Part shown: positions 9,336 to 18,304 of the stretch, piece by piece
How the letters are laid out: the number at the start of each line of letters is the position of its first letter
Numbering within the stretch: position 1 is the stretch's first letter
IMG/VR virus record: IMGVR_UViG_3300036797_000039
Location: 1-40,136 of that record
Reading direction: 5' to 3' (one strand)
DNA: 40,136 nucleotides
Origin: a virus
Taxonomy: Duplodnaviria; Caudoviricetes
The notes under the pieces: generated by a model
Told to the model about the DNA's origin: nothing
The model's input: the letters and a program-made list of their open reading frames with translations, nothing else
The model's database searches: none
Made by a program: the position numbers and the translations under genes

Positions 9336-10154
9336 ATGCCGATCGGTGGACCAAATCAGCCGCCCGCGCCGCTCTCGTACACCGTCGGAGACATTTGCAC
9401 CGACGCGCTCATCGAGATCGGCGCGCACCCGCCAGGGGAACCGCTAGATGCCGAGGAGGCGCAGTGGAGTTTGCGCAAGGCGAATTACCTTTTCGACGTG
9501 TGGGGAGCGCTACGCGGGAAGGTTTTCTCGTTCGCGTTCAACGTCTACACGCTCACGCCGGCACTCTCGCCGCACACGATCGGCCCGAGCGGTCAAGCAA
9601 CCTTCGCGACAACCGGTCCGCGGCCGGTCAAAATCGAATCGGCCGCGCTTCTCCTCCCCGGCTCGAACGGACCGTTCGATCAGATCATCAAAGTGCGCGA
9701 TGCGGCATGGTGGGCGGCGCAGCAAGCGAAGTCGATCCAAAACAACATTCCGACGGATCTCTTTTACAATCCGGCTTCGCCCGACGGGCAGATCTATTTC
9801 TGGCCGGTTCCAAACGCCGCCTCGCAGGTGCGTTTGCAGACATGGCAGAGCGTTACGCAGTTCGTCGCCATCACGGACCCGATCGGCGGCCCGAACGGCC
9901 CCGGCACGCTTCCGCCTGGCTACCGCGCGGCGATGATGTACTCACTCGCCGAAGAGCTTTGCCCAGGCGCGAAGAAAACTCCGTCGCCGGCACTCGTCGC
10001 CGCGGCTTTGCGCGCGCGAAACGCGGTTTTCGGGAATAACATGAAGTCGCCGCGCACGTCGACGCAAGACTCAGGAATGCCGCGAAGCGGCACAGGGCGG
10101 AGGAGTGATTTCAACTATCTCACCGGCGGAAAAGTCGGCGGGCGGCCGGAATAG
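9336..10154 (+). CDS. Head-tail adaptor (P22 gp4-like position)
   Basis: TVGDICTDALIEIGA..GE, RPVKI, IYFWPVP and LPPGYRAAMMYSLA motifs. Confidence 0.8.
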   Translation: MPIGGPNQPPAPLSYTVGDICTDALIEIGAHPPGEPLDAEEAQWSLRKANYLFDVWGALRGKVFSFAFNVYTLTPALSPHTIGPSGQATFATTGPRPVKIESAALLLPGSNGPFDQIIKVRDAAWWAAQQAKSIQNNIPTDLFYNPASPDGQIYFWPVPNAASQVRLQTWQSVTQFVAITDPIGGPNGPGTLPPGYRAAMMYSLAEELCPGAKKTPSPALVAAALRARNAVFGNNMKSPRTSTQDSGMPRSGTGRRSDFNYLTGGKVGGRPE

Positions 10155-10165
10155 GCAGAGGGCGA

Positions 10166-10657
10166 TCACTTATATCTGATCCCGAGCTCCTCGAGCGAGC
10201 CCATCGGAATAGCCATGTGAGGGTGAAGCGGTTCGCGCCAATGCACGCCCCGCATCTCGCAGGGCTCCGAAACAGCCAAGTACGAGGCGAGATTGTGAGT
10301 CGCTTCGTGGGGCACTAGAGTGCCCGTCGCGCGCTCGATCGCTGCGATTGCCGTTGCAAGTTCTAACGGCTGATTCGGGCTCGACATTAGGTATTCGCAC
10401 TCGTGCGCTAGCCGCGGCGACGGCGTCAAGTCTCCAACCCCGCGCAGGACATCAATTCGGCTGATGATGGAGCCCATGAATTCGGGCGACCAGGCGCGAA
10501 TAAAGCGCACGGTCGATCCGGCGGGCAGGATCACATTGCCGGGCACAATGATTTTCGACGGGAACGACCAGACGCGACCGAAGGGAATTTGCTCCGCGAT
10601 CGCGGCGCCGGCGAGGCCGGCGGCAAGCATTCCGAGAAAGCCTCGGCGGTTCACCAT
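10166..10657 (-). CDS. Tat-signal protein carrying a capsid C-terminal fragment
   Basis: NRRGFLG signal; GSTVRFIRAWSP..ISRIDVLRGVGDL vs coat aa370-399 (13 identities over about 30 aa). Confidence 0.8.
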   Translation of the reverse strand: MVNRRGFLGMLAAGLAGAAIAEQIPFGRVWSFPSKIIVPGNVILPAGSTVRFIRAWSPEFMGSIISRIDVLRGVGDLTPSPRLAHECEYLMSSPNQPLELATAIAAIERATGTLVPHEATHNLASYLAVSEPCEMRGVHWREPLHPHMAIPMGSLEELGIRYK

Positions 10658-10932
10658 CGCGCACCCTCGAGGGCGCGCACATACTCGCGCACGTACCAGC
10701 GCTGAGGGATCCGGAAATGCGCCTCGCTCACGAGCGGAGAGGCGTCGGCCAACCGCAGGTTTTCTTTGAGCACTCGCAAAACCTCGCGCGTCACGTAGTC
10801 GAAGTCAAGAGCGGGATCCGTGATCACGATCTCTTTTGGGAAAGACCACACGCGGCCGAGCGGGATCGTTTCCGCGATCGCGGCGCCGGCGAGGCCTAGA
10901 CCAAACAGTTTTAGAAATCTGCGACGCTCCAC
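10651..10932 (-). CDS. Tat-signal protein carrying a capsid N-terminal fragment
   Basis: ERRRFLK signal; LDFDYVTREVLRVLKENLRLAD..FRIPQRWYVRE vs coat aa6-27 and aa49-59. Confidence 0.8.
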   Translation of the reverse strand: MERRRFLKLFGLGLAGAAIAETIPLGRVWSFPKEIVITDPALDFDYVTREVLRVLKENLRLADASPLVSEAHFRIPQRWYVREYVRALEGARW

Positions 10933-10938
10933 AAAAAG

Positions 10939-10967
10939 ATTATGCCTGAAGATGTTCTAACTCTCAC
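10939..10967 (-). promoter_or_regulatory. Putative sigma70 promoter for the Tat cassette (leaderless)
   Basis: GTGAGA-17 bp-CATAAT, then 6 nt, then GTG start at 10932. Confidence 0.5.
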
Positions 10968-11130
10968 GCTCCGAATGCACGACCCCGACGAGAAGCAGGA
11001 TGCCTCGCTTTCGGCATCATGGGCAGTCGTGCGCGTTCCACGCTCAGACCTACAACTCGCGCACGCCGACTTCCTCGCGAAGTACGTCGTGCCGGCACTC
11101 GCCGAACTGAAGCAGTTGAAGCTCACCTAA
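10942..11130 (+). CDS. Capsid spine-helix fragment protein (paralog of 5262-5489)
   Basis: VRVPRSDLQLAHADFLAKYVVPALAELK vs VKVEESDLALPFEQFSEIYIQPAFEQLK (12/28 identical). Confidence 0.75.
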   Translation: MPEDVLTLTLRMHDPDEKQDASLSASWAVVRVPRSDLQLAHADFLAKYVVPALAELKQLKLT

Positions 11131-11134
11131 GACA

Positions 11135-12595
11135 ATGGCAAAAAAAGGCGATTGGGGTTTTTGCGGTCCGACCTACACGGCGGAATCGCCCGTCATCGAC
11201 GCGGAAGACGCAATGAACTGCTATTGTGAGCGCTCCGAGTCGAAGGGCGCGCGCGTGCCGATCGCGCTTCTGCATACGCCAGGCCTCAAGGGACTCGGAG
11301 CCGTCGGCGAGGGTTCGATGCCGGGCACCTTCAGCGTGAACGGCCGCACCTTTTTTGCCGCGTCGAATCTTTACGAGCTCGCCGCGGACGGCTCGACGAC
11401 AAACCGCGGCTCGCTCGGCGGCGTGCCATCGACGCCGACGCAGATCACCGCGAACCAGACGCAGCTCGTCATTTTGAACAATGGCAGTCTCTTCGTGCTG
11501 ACACTCGCGACGAATGTCCTCGTCGCCGTCAACATGGCGCAATTCAATGGCCCGGTCGCGCAGATGGATCATTGCGACGGCTACATTATCGCGACGCTGC
11601 AAAACTCGCACACCTTCCAGACTTCGAGCCTCGGCGATGCGACCACGTGGAGCGGCCTCGACATCGCGACGATCTCGTATTTTCCGGACAACATCGTCTC
11701 GTTCAAAGTCGATCACCGGCAACCCTGGTTTTACTCGAACAAAAAGGCGATCGGCTATTACAACGGCGGCGCCGGCTTCCCGGTGTTCATTCCCTACCCT
11801 GGCGCGGAGCTCACCGACGGAGCCGCGGCCGCGTTTGCCACCGTGTCGGCCGACAACACGCTATTTTTCCTCAGTCAAAACGAAGATGGCGCCATGATGG
11901 CGAAACGGCTTACCGGGCTCAACTCGAGCGAGAGGATCTCGACGCATGCGGTCGAGCTCGCCTGGCAGAAATATAAAGTTTGGTCGGACGCCGTCGCCTA
12001 TGCGTTCCAGGAAAACGGTCACACCTTCATCCATTTTTATTTCCCGACAGCGAACGCCTCTTGGCGATACGACGCTTCCACGGGCCTCTGGCACAAAGTC
12101 GGCTACTACGTCCCGGCGAGCGGGCAATACATCGCCCATCGCTCGATGTGCCACACGTTCAACTTCGGGATGCACATCGTCGGCGATTGGTCGACGGGAA
12201 AGATTTATCAAATGTCATCGCAGATCTATACCGACGATGGCAACCCGATCCGCGGCTATCGCCGCACGCCGACGATTTCGAAAGACAACGAGTTTGTGTA
12301 CTACGACGAGATCGAGATCGACTGCGAAACCGGCCTCGGACCGCAACCGGCGCTCGTCGACGGCGACGGGCAGCCGCGGGATCCGCAGCTCATGCTGCGA
12401 TGGTCAAACGATGGCGGGCGGAATTGGTCCAATACTTACTATCTCCATTGTGGGCTCGCCGGCGAGACGAAACGCCGCGCGCTGAAGCGCATGCTCGGCC
12501 GCGGCCGCAAAAGAATTTGGGAAGTCGCATGGACGGATCCCGTTCCCTGGCGCTTCGCCGATGCCTATCTGCGACTCGAGCCGGAAGCGGACTAG
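11135..12595 (+). CDS. Tail hub / packaged-DNA stabilization protein (P22 gp10-like)
   Basis: GFCGPTY..NCY, RISTHAVE, YAFQENGHTF, YDASTGLWH and MLRWSNDGGRNWS motifs. Confidence 0.9.
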   Translation: MAKKGDWGFCGPTYTAESPVIDAEDAMNCYCERSESKGARVPIALLHTPGLKGLGAVGEGSMPGTFSVNGRTFFAASNLYELAADGSTTNRGSLGGVPSTPTQITANQTQLVILNNGSLFVLTLATNVLVAVNMAQFNGPVAQMDHCDGYIIATLQNSHTFQTSSLGDATTWSGLDIATISYFPDNIVSFKVDHRQPWFYSNKKAIGYYNGGAGFPVFIPYPGAELTDGAAAAFATVSADNTLFFLSQNEDGAMMAKRLTGLNSSERISTHAVELAWQKYKVWSDAVAYAFQENGHTFIHFYFPTANASWRYDASTGLWHKVGYYVPASGQYIAHRSMCHTFNFGMHIVGDWSTGKIYQMSSQIYTDDGNPIRGYRRTPTISKDNEFVYYDEIEIDCETGLGPQPALVDGDGQPRDPQLMLRWSNDGGRNWSNTYYLHCGLAGETKRRALKRMLGRGRKRIWEVAWTDPVPWRFADAYLRLEPEAD

Positions 12596-12922
12596 ATGCC
12601 GACGAAGATCATCACACTCAACCCGCCGCCGGTGCGCGCTGCGGATATTCCCGAACCGCTGAGTAAGTGGCTGCTAGCGGTGCAAAACCTTTTGCCGCTC
12701 TACGAAGTCAACACGTCGGGCGGCCCCTATTCTGAAGCCGTGCCGCCGGCCATCTCGACCGGGCAGCCGAAGCAAGGGATGGAGATCACCTTCGTAAAAG
12801 TCTCGGCCGACGCGAATGTCTACACCCTCACCGGCGTGCAGCTCGGGAATTTGACACTCACCGCGCAAGGCGATCGCTTCAAAGTCAAATGCGACGGCAC
12901 GGTTTGGTGGAGAACCGGTTGA
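12596..12922 (+). CDS. Small tail protein (gp26 needle position)
   Basis: Synteny; beta-rich C-terminus ending DGTVWW. Confidence 0.6.
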   Translation: MPTKIITLNPPPVRAADIPEPLSKWLLAVQNLLPLYEVNTSGGPYSEAVPPAISTGQPKQGMEITFVKVSADANVYTLTGVQLGNLTLTAQGDRFKVKCDGTVWWRTG

Positions 12923-13374
12923 GCATCTTCAGAAGCCGCGACTGGAAGGCGATCAAAGCTCTCGCGTGCGATCCCGCAATCTTTCGCCACATTTCGGACG
13001 ACTACACGTCGGACCCGGCGAAGTGGGAGCCCATGCAGAGCGAGCAAATTTGCTATTTGCTCGCGGCCGACGATTCCGGCCTCTTCGGCTTCGGGATTTT
13101 CATGCCGACAAATTGGGTTTGCTATTCGGTGCACCTCGCCTTTCTCCCGCGCAGCTACGGAGCGCGATCGCTTGCTCATTTCAAACAAATGATCGAGTGG
13201 ATGTGGAAGCACACGAAGGCGGCGCGCATCGTCGGCGAGATCGACATCGACAACCGGCGAGCGATTCGCTTCGCGCGCGCGGCCGGCTTTGTCTCGTACG
13301 GCATCAACGCGAAAAGCATTCAGCGCGGCGGAATTTTACACGACCAGGTCGCACTCGGGATCTCGAGGCCTTAA
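12919..13374 (+). CDS. GNAT-fold protein, P22 gp14/DUF2824-like
   Basis: TTG start overlapping the upstream TGA, GGAG SD; VHLAFLP..YG and NRRAIRFARAAGF motifs. Confidence 0.8.
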   Translation: MSIFRSRDWKAIKALACDPAIFRHISDDYTSDPAKWEPMQSEQICYLLAADDSGLFGFGIFMPTNWVCYSVHLAFLPRSYGARSLAHFKQMIEWMWKHTKAARIVGEIDIDNRRAIRFARAAGFVSYGINAKSIQRGGILHDQVALGISRP

Positions 13375-13378
13375 AACT

Positions 13379-14110
13379 ATGTCTTTCATTTCATCATTAG
13401 CCGGCGGAATTCTCGGTGCGGGCGCCGCCAACGACGCGGCCGCGGTCGAGTCTCAGGCCGCGAAAAAAGCGCAGGATCTCAGCAAGTCGAACCAGACCGA
13501 CGCCATCAACATGCAACAAGGCGTATGGTCCGGCACCCAGGCGGCGGAGCAACCCTACCAGGAGCTCGGCGCAACTTCGGCGAACCATCTCCGCGACTTG
13601 CTCTCGGGCGGCTTCAAGGCACCGACGCTCGCCGAAGCGGAACAGACGCCAGGCTTCAAATTCAACATGGAGCAAGGCACGCGCGCGATCGATCAGAACG
13701 CGGCCGCCAACGGCACGCTGATGTCTGGAAACACCGGCACCGCGCTCGAGAAATTCGGCACCGGGCTCGCCGAGAACACGTATCAGCAGGACTATAACAA
13801 CGCGCTGAACTCGTACATGGCGAACTACTCGACGCTGAAGGGCGGAACCGATACCGGCCTCAGCTCGACCGGGCAGCTCGGGCAATTCGGCCAGGACGCG
13901 GCGACGAACACCGGGCGCATCGATCTCACGGCCGCCGACCAGCAAATGCAGCAGATCAATAACGCAGCCGCCGCGCGCGCTTCCGGCTATCTCGGCTCGG
14001 CGAAGGCCTGGGGCACGGCCGCGGGCGGAATGGCGGCAGGCGTCGACAACCTCGATCTCTCGGGCGGCTCGTCACTCTTCGAGAACGCTCAGAATCTTTT
14101 GATGGCCTAA
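13379..14110 (+). CDS. Ejection protein (P22 gp7-like)
   Basis: Gly/Ala-rich N-terminus; PY..G, TPGFKF..EQG..AI..AAA.G.L.SG.T..AL. Confidence 0.85.
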   Translation: MSFISSLAGGILGAGAANDAAAVESQAAKKAQDLSKSNQTDAINMQQGVWSGTQAAEQPYQELGATSANHLRDLLSGGFKAPTLAEAEQTPGFKFNMEQGTRAIDQNAAANGTLMSGNTGTALEKFGTGLAENTYQQDYNNALNSYMANYSTLKGGTDTGLSSTGQLGQFGQDAATNTGRIDLTAADQQMQQINNAAAARASGYLGSAKAWGTAAGGMAAGVDNLDLSGGSSLFENAQNLLMA

Positions 14111-14113
14111 ATT

Positions 14114-15682
14114 ATGGGAACCATACCCGCACCGAACATCGCAGACGAAGCCGGCCAGATCGCCGCGGCTCCCGTAAACGCTTACGCGGAGTACGCGCGC
14201 GCCGCGCAACTGAAACAGCAAACCCAGCTCGCCGCCGCGCAGACGCAAGGCGCGCAGCAGGAAAACCAGATTCGTCAACGTCAGATGCAGGATGCCGACG
14301 CACTTACGAAGGCGATGACGGTTTACGATCCCGCGAAGCACACGCCCGACGATATTCCGCGGCTTCTCGGCGAAGCGGGCGGATCCGGCCAGGCGCAACT
14401 CGCCGCGCAGAAATCCGTGATCGAGAAGAAAACGGCGCTCGCGACACTCGACAAAGATCAGTTGACGAACCTGTCCGCTCATCACGACGCCGCGCTCGGC
14501 GCGATCGATGCCGCGCGCCAGGTGCCAACCGAGCAACTCACACAACACATGCTCGACACCGCGAAGCAGCTCCAGGCGCAGGGGCATCTCACGCCGCAAG
14601 AAGCGCAGCAACTCACGCAGCACGCGCAGTCGATGCCGGCGGAACAATTCGCGCCTTGGCTCGACATCTACGAGAAGGGCCTGAAGGGCGAGAAGCAGCA
14701 GATCGCCGAACTCAAAGAAAAAAAGACGCAAGAAGTCGAGCAGCAAAAAGCCGACGCCGGCGACTGGAAAGAAACCGGGCAGGGGCAACTCACCAACACG
14801 AAAACGAAAGAGACGATCGGCACCGCGCGGCAACCCGTCGAATTGCGCGAACTCCAGGACTATCTCTCAGATCCGACGATCGATAAACAGATCGCGCACA
14901 AAAACGCCGCGACGTTCGCCGCGTGGAAGGCGAAGCAGTCGCCGAACGCGGTCATTCTCGGCAACCAACTCGGAGCAGGCGGCCAAGGATCCGCGCTCGA
15001 CCAGGCGGCGCAGCGCTACTCGCAAACGGGCGACCTTCCCGCGGGCTTCGCGCGCAGCCCCGGAACGACGGCCGCGATCATCAAGCGCGCCGCGGAAATG
15101 AACCCCGACGCGAACATCGCTTACAACAAAGCGACATTCGCCGCGGACAGTAACGCGCTGAAAAAAGTACAAGGGCAATTCGACCAGGTGACGGCATTCG
15201 AAGGGACCGCGTTAAAGAATCTCGATCTCTTCATCACGAAGGCAAAGGCGATCCCCGATCTGGGAATGCGCTTTGCGAATGTTCCGCTGCGCATGATTAC
15301 CGACAAGATGATCGGCGAGAAGAATTTTGCTGCGATGAACGCCGCGCGGCAAACCGCATTCACCGAAGCCGCGAAGGTGCTCAACTCCGCGACCGCATCG
15401 GGAGTGCTTTCCGATTCGGCCCGCAAAGAACTTAACGACGTAATGAGCGGCAATCTCCCGCTCGCGGCATCGATCGAAGTCGTGAACACCCTCAAGCAAG
15501 ATATGGGAAACCGTCATCAGTCCTACCAGGATGACATCGACGCGATCAAAGGGCGGCTCTCGCATCAACCGAAACCCGCCGGCGGCGGCAGTCTCACGTT
15601 CAAAGCTCCAAATAATAAGACGTACGTATTCAAAGACCAGGCATCACTCGACGAATTCAAAAAGGCCGCCGGGATCCAGTGA
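14114..15682 (+). CDS. Ejection protein (gp20 position)
   Basis: Gln/Ala-rich helical 522-aa protein after the gp7-like gene. Confidence 0.7.
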   Translation: MGTIPAPNIADEAGQIAAAPVNAYAEYARAAQLKQQTQLAAAQTQGAQQENQIRQRQMQDADALTKAMTVYDPAKHTPDDIPRLLGEAGGSGQAQLAAQKSVIEKKTALATLDKDQLTNLSAHHDAALGAIDAARQVPTEQLTQHMLDTAKQLQAQGHLTPQEAQQLTQHAQSMPAEQFAPWLDIYEKGLKGEKQQIAELKEKKTQEVEQQKADAGDWKETGQGQLTNTKTKETIGTARQPVELRELQDYLSDPTIDKQIAHKNAATFAAWKAKQSPNAVILGNQLGAGGQGSALDQAAQRYSQTGDLPAGFARSPGTTAAIIKRAAEMNPDANIAYNKATFAADSNALKKVQGQFDQVTAFEGTALKNLDLFITKAKAIPDLGMRFANVPLRMITDKMIGEKNFAAMNAARQTAFTEAAKVLNSATASGVLSDSARKELNDVMSGNLPLAASIEVVNTLKQDMGNRHQSYQDDIDAIKGRLSHQPKPAGGGSLTFKAPNNKTYVFKDQASLDEFKKAAGIQ

Positions 15683-17934
15683 GCGCTTTCGCACCTACTT
15701 TAACTTGGGAAGAGTATCAGCGGCTTCCGGCCGAGCAGCGTCGACGACCGCTCACGCCGGCGGAATATGCTGCGCTCAAAACTCCCGACGAGAGCGAAGG
15801 CGGAGCGCCGGCCGATTTCGCCGGCCCGGTTTTCCCGAACCCGAACCATATCCGCGTGAGCTCGGATCAGGATCCAGGCGGCGATCCGACGCGCTTACCG
15901 GACGGCGTCTCATTCCAGAAGCAAAATTTCTCGGGACCGACGCCGGCCGACGTTTCAAATCCGCCGGCGGCGCAGATCCTACCAGCGGCTGCGGTCACAA
16001 CCGGAAAGCCGATCGACTACGACGCGCTCGCCGCTCAACACGGCGGCACCGCGGCCGTCGACTATGACGCACTCGCCGCGGCGCATGGTGGCACGGCGGC
16101 CGCCGAAGAGAAGCACGAGCAGCCAACCCTCGGGCAGACGCTCACACAGCCGACCGACCAAACGGACAAGGATTATTTGTCGATGACCGGCCCGGCCGGC
16201 GTCGCCGCGGCAACGATCCACGGATTCAACCGCGTCGCCGACTCAACAAAAGACGCGATCAAAGGCACGTGGGATTCAGTAACCCAGGCGCCGCAGGATG
16301 ACCACGAGAAAACGGCCTTCAATGCGGCCGGCCCGGCCGGGCTCGCTATTTTTCGCATGCTGCGAGGCCTCGGGCATTCGGCCGCGGATTCGACGAAGAT
16401 CGCCGGCGCGATCCACGACATCAATCAATCGCCGGATCCGCTCGGCGTCTATGCCGGCGCCGCCGAGGATACCGCCGCGCAGGGCGCCGGCCAGGCGTTA
16501 ACCGCGCTCGGGACCGAAGGCGCCATCAAAGCCGCGCCGAAGGTCCTCGACACCGTCACGAGCCCGACCAAGATCACGGCGCCGATCCGCACGACGGTGC
16601 GCGCGGTCAATAAGGCGCTCGAGAAGGCACCCGGGACGATTGGAACGGCCATAGGGACCGCCGCGGGCGCCGCTACGGGCCTTCCCTTCGCCGCAGAAGC
16701 CGGCGCAGCGGTCGGCGGCATCATCGGCAAGGAAGTTTTGCCGGAAATCAGCCTACCAGGCGAAAACTTCGGGCTCCCGAAGCGAGTCACCGGCGGCGAG
16801 CCTGGCTCGCTCCCTGGACCGGTCGAGGCAGAGGCCTCGGGACCGTCTAAAGAGCTCCCAGCGGCCTTTAACCCGCCATATCGACCCCCTACAGGCACGG
16901 CCGACAACCCGGCAACGGGACCGAGGACCATCGTCCGGGATCCGGAAACCGGGCGCCCCGAATTCTCCGATGTCGTAGCAAAGCAAGCCGCCGCCAAGGC
17001 CACCCCGACGAAGCCAGCCGAAGTAAAGGCCGCGATCTCCGCGCCGCTCGATCGCGCACTCGGCAACGAGCCCGTGATCAAGCCCACAGTGAACATCAAG
17101 CCCGGCGTCAAGATCCGCAACCAGATCACGAAGAGCGCGACGCCGCTGCCCGAGGGCTTCACGCCGGCCGACTCGGAGCTACTGAAGGGCTACAAGTACG
17201 ATCCCGAAACCGAGCGCCTGGACGCGGTCCTGAACTCAGGCGAGCACTATGCCCACCAGGGCATCACGCCGGACCAATTCGCAAAGTTTGAAGCCGCTGA
17301 TTCACAAGGCCGCGCTTGGAACGCTCTCCGCAACGGACCAGGCGTCTCGCGCATCGAGAAGAACTTCGGACCATCGAAGCCGGGCACGATGCGATCGCCG
17401 ACAACGGGCGAGATCATTCCGAAGTCGAAAGCCGGCATGGAAACGACGCGCACCGTCGAGATCGATCCCGAAACTGGACGGCCGGAATTCTCAGATGTGA
17501 TCGAGGGGAAGAAAAACGCCGCGACGGCACGAACTGAAGAACCAAAAACTGCGGCCACTGACGAAGATCTCACTTCCCTGCTCGATCAATCTCTCGACCA
17601 GGCCAAAGTTGGCAAAGGCGGCGTAATGACGACGGCGGATCCGGCAGACCTTTCGAAGCGCTGGGGCGTGGATCCGGAAAGCTTGGCCTCCGGCCGCGAG
17701 CAGACGCGCGGCATGAGCCCCGAGCAGACCGAAGAATATATCGCGAAGCTCGCGGACTCGTACCGAAAAGGCCGGGCGGTCGAGCCGGTGATGGAAACGC
17801 GCGACGCTGAGAACAATATCGTCGGCGTCGATGGCAGGGCGCGCGCGATCGCGGCCGAACGGGCAGGGATTAAGCGGATCCGGATTATGATCCGGCGGGT
17901 TGAGCAAGCGGCGGCGGAGTCGCAAGAGAAATAA
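15679..17934 (+). CDS. Large ejection protein (gp16 position) with KTSC and ParB/Srx-like domains
   Basis: Hydrophobic Gly/Ala segment; KTSC-like DSELLKGYKYDPETERL..SGEHY..AADSQGRAWN; C-terminal LADSY..EPV..VDGRAR. Confidence 0.7.
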   Translation: MSAFAPTLTWEEYQRLPAEQRRRPLTPAEYAALKTPDESEGGAPADFAGPVFPNPNHIRVSSDQDPGGDPTRLPDGVSFQKQNFSGPTPADVSNPPAAQILPAAAVTTGKPIDYDALAAQHGGTAAVDYDALAAAHGGTAAAEEKHEQPTLGQTLTQPTDQTDKDYLSMTGPAGVAAATIHGFNRVADSTKDAIKGTWDSVTQAPQDDHEKTAFNAAGPAGLAIFRMLRGLGHSAADSTKIAGAIHDINQSPDPLGVYAGAAEDTAAQGAGQALTALGTEGAIKAAPKVLDTVTSPTKITAPIRTTVRAVNKALEKAPGTIGTAIGTAAGAATGLPFAAEAGAAVGGIIGKEVLPEISLPGENFGLPKRVTGGEPGSLPGPVEAEASGPSKELPAAFNPPYRPPTGTADNPATGPRTIVRDPETGRPEFSDVVAKQAAAKATPTKPAEVKAAISAPLDRALGNEPVIKPTVNIKPGVKIRNQITKSATPLPEGFTPADSELLKGYKYDPETERLDAVLNSGEHYAHQGITPDQFAKFEAADSQGRAWNALRNGPGVSRIEKNFGPSKPGTMRSPTTGEIIPKSKAGMETTRTVEIDPETGRPEFSDVIEGKKNAATARTEEPKTAATDEDLTSLLDQSLDQAKVGKGGVMTTADPADLSKRWGVDPESLASGREQTRGMSPEQTEEYIAKLADSYRKGRAVEPVMETRDAENNIVGVDGRARAIAAERAGIKRIRIMIRRVEQAAAESQEK

Positions 17935-18304
17935 TTTCGAACTCGCCGTAGGGCGCGACGATCGCTTGCGGCAGTAGCTTCGCCATCACGGCGGCTTGGT
18001 CCGATCGGGAGTGAATCACGACTTTGCCGGCGAATCGCGTGTAGGCGAGATAGCGGGCAACTTCCTTCCCGTTTCCGTGCTGGCGGTCCGGGTATCCCGC
18101 ATCCATCCAGTGCAGATCGTGATCGAGAAAGACGGCGTCAAACTTTTCAGCTGAAAGAATTGCAAGCGCGTCCTCGGCGGTTTTCGCCGAGCGGATCCGC
18201 GGCAGGCGCGAACGGAACCACTCTAAACGCTCCTCCGTGTCATCGAGCACAAACACCGACCAATCGGCAGGAATTTGAATACTTGAGGCGGAAATCCTTA
18301 CCAT
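17885..18304 (-). CDS. Stand-alone receiver-like protein, cyclic-phosphate processing (cREC) type
   Basis: FVLDD, FLDHDL, GxEVA and VVIHS motifs. Confidence 0.8.
   Translation of the reverse strand: MVRISASSIQIPADWSVFVLDDTEERLEWFRSRLPRIRSAKTAEDALAILSAEKFDAVFLDHDLHWMDAGYPDRQHGNGKEVARYLAYTRFAGKVVIHSRSDQAAVMAKLLPQAIVAPYGEFEIISLATPPPLAQPAGS

Noticed and set aside
10593-10896. DGR template/variable repeat pair
   Set aside because: No reverse transcriptase in the genome, and the differences are not adenine-specific.
10911-11126. 71-aa minus-strand ORF as the first gene of the Tat operon
   Set aside because: Antisense shadow of 10942-11130, which has a clear paralog at 5262-5489.
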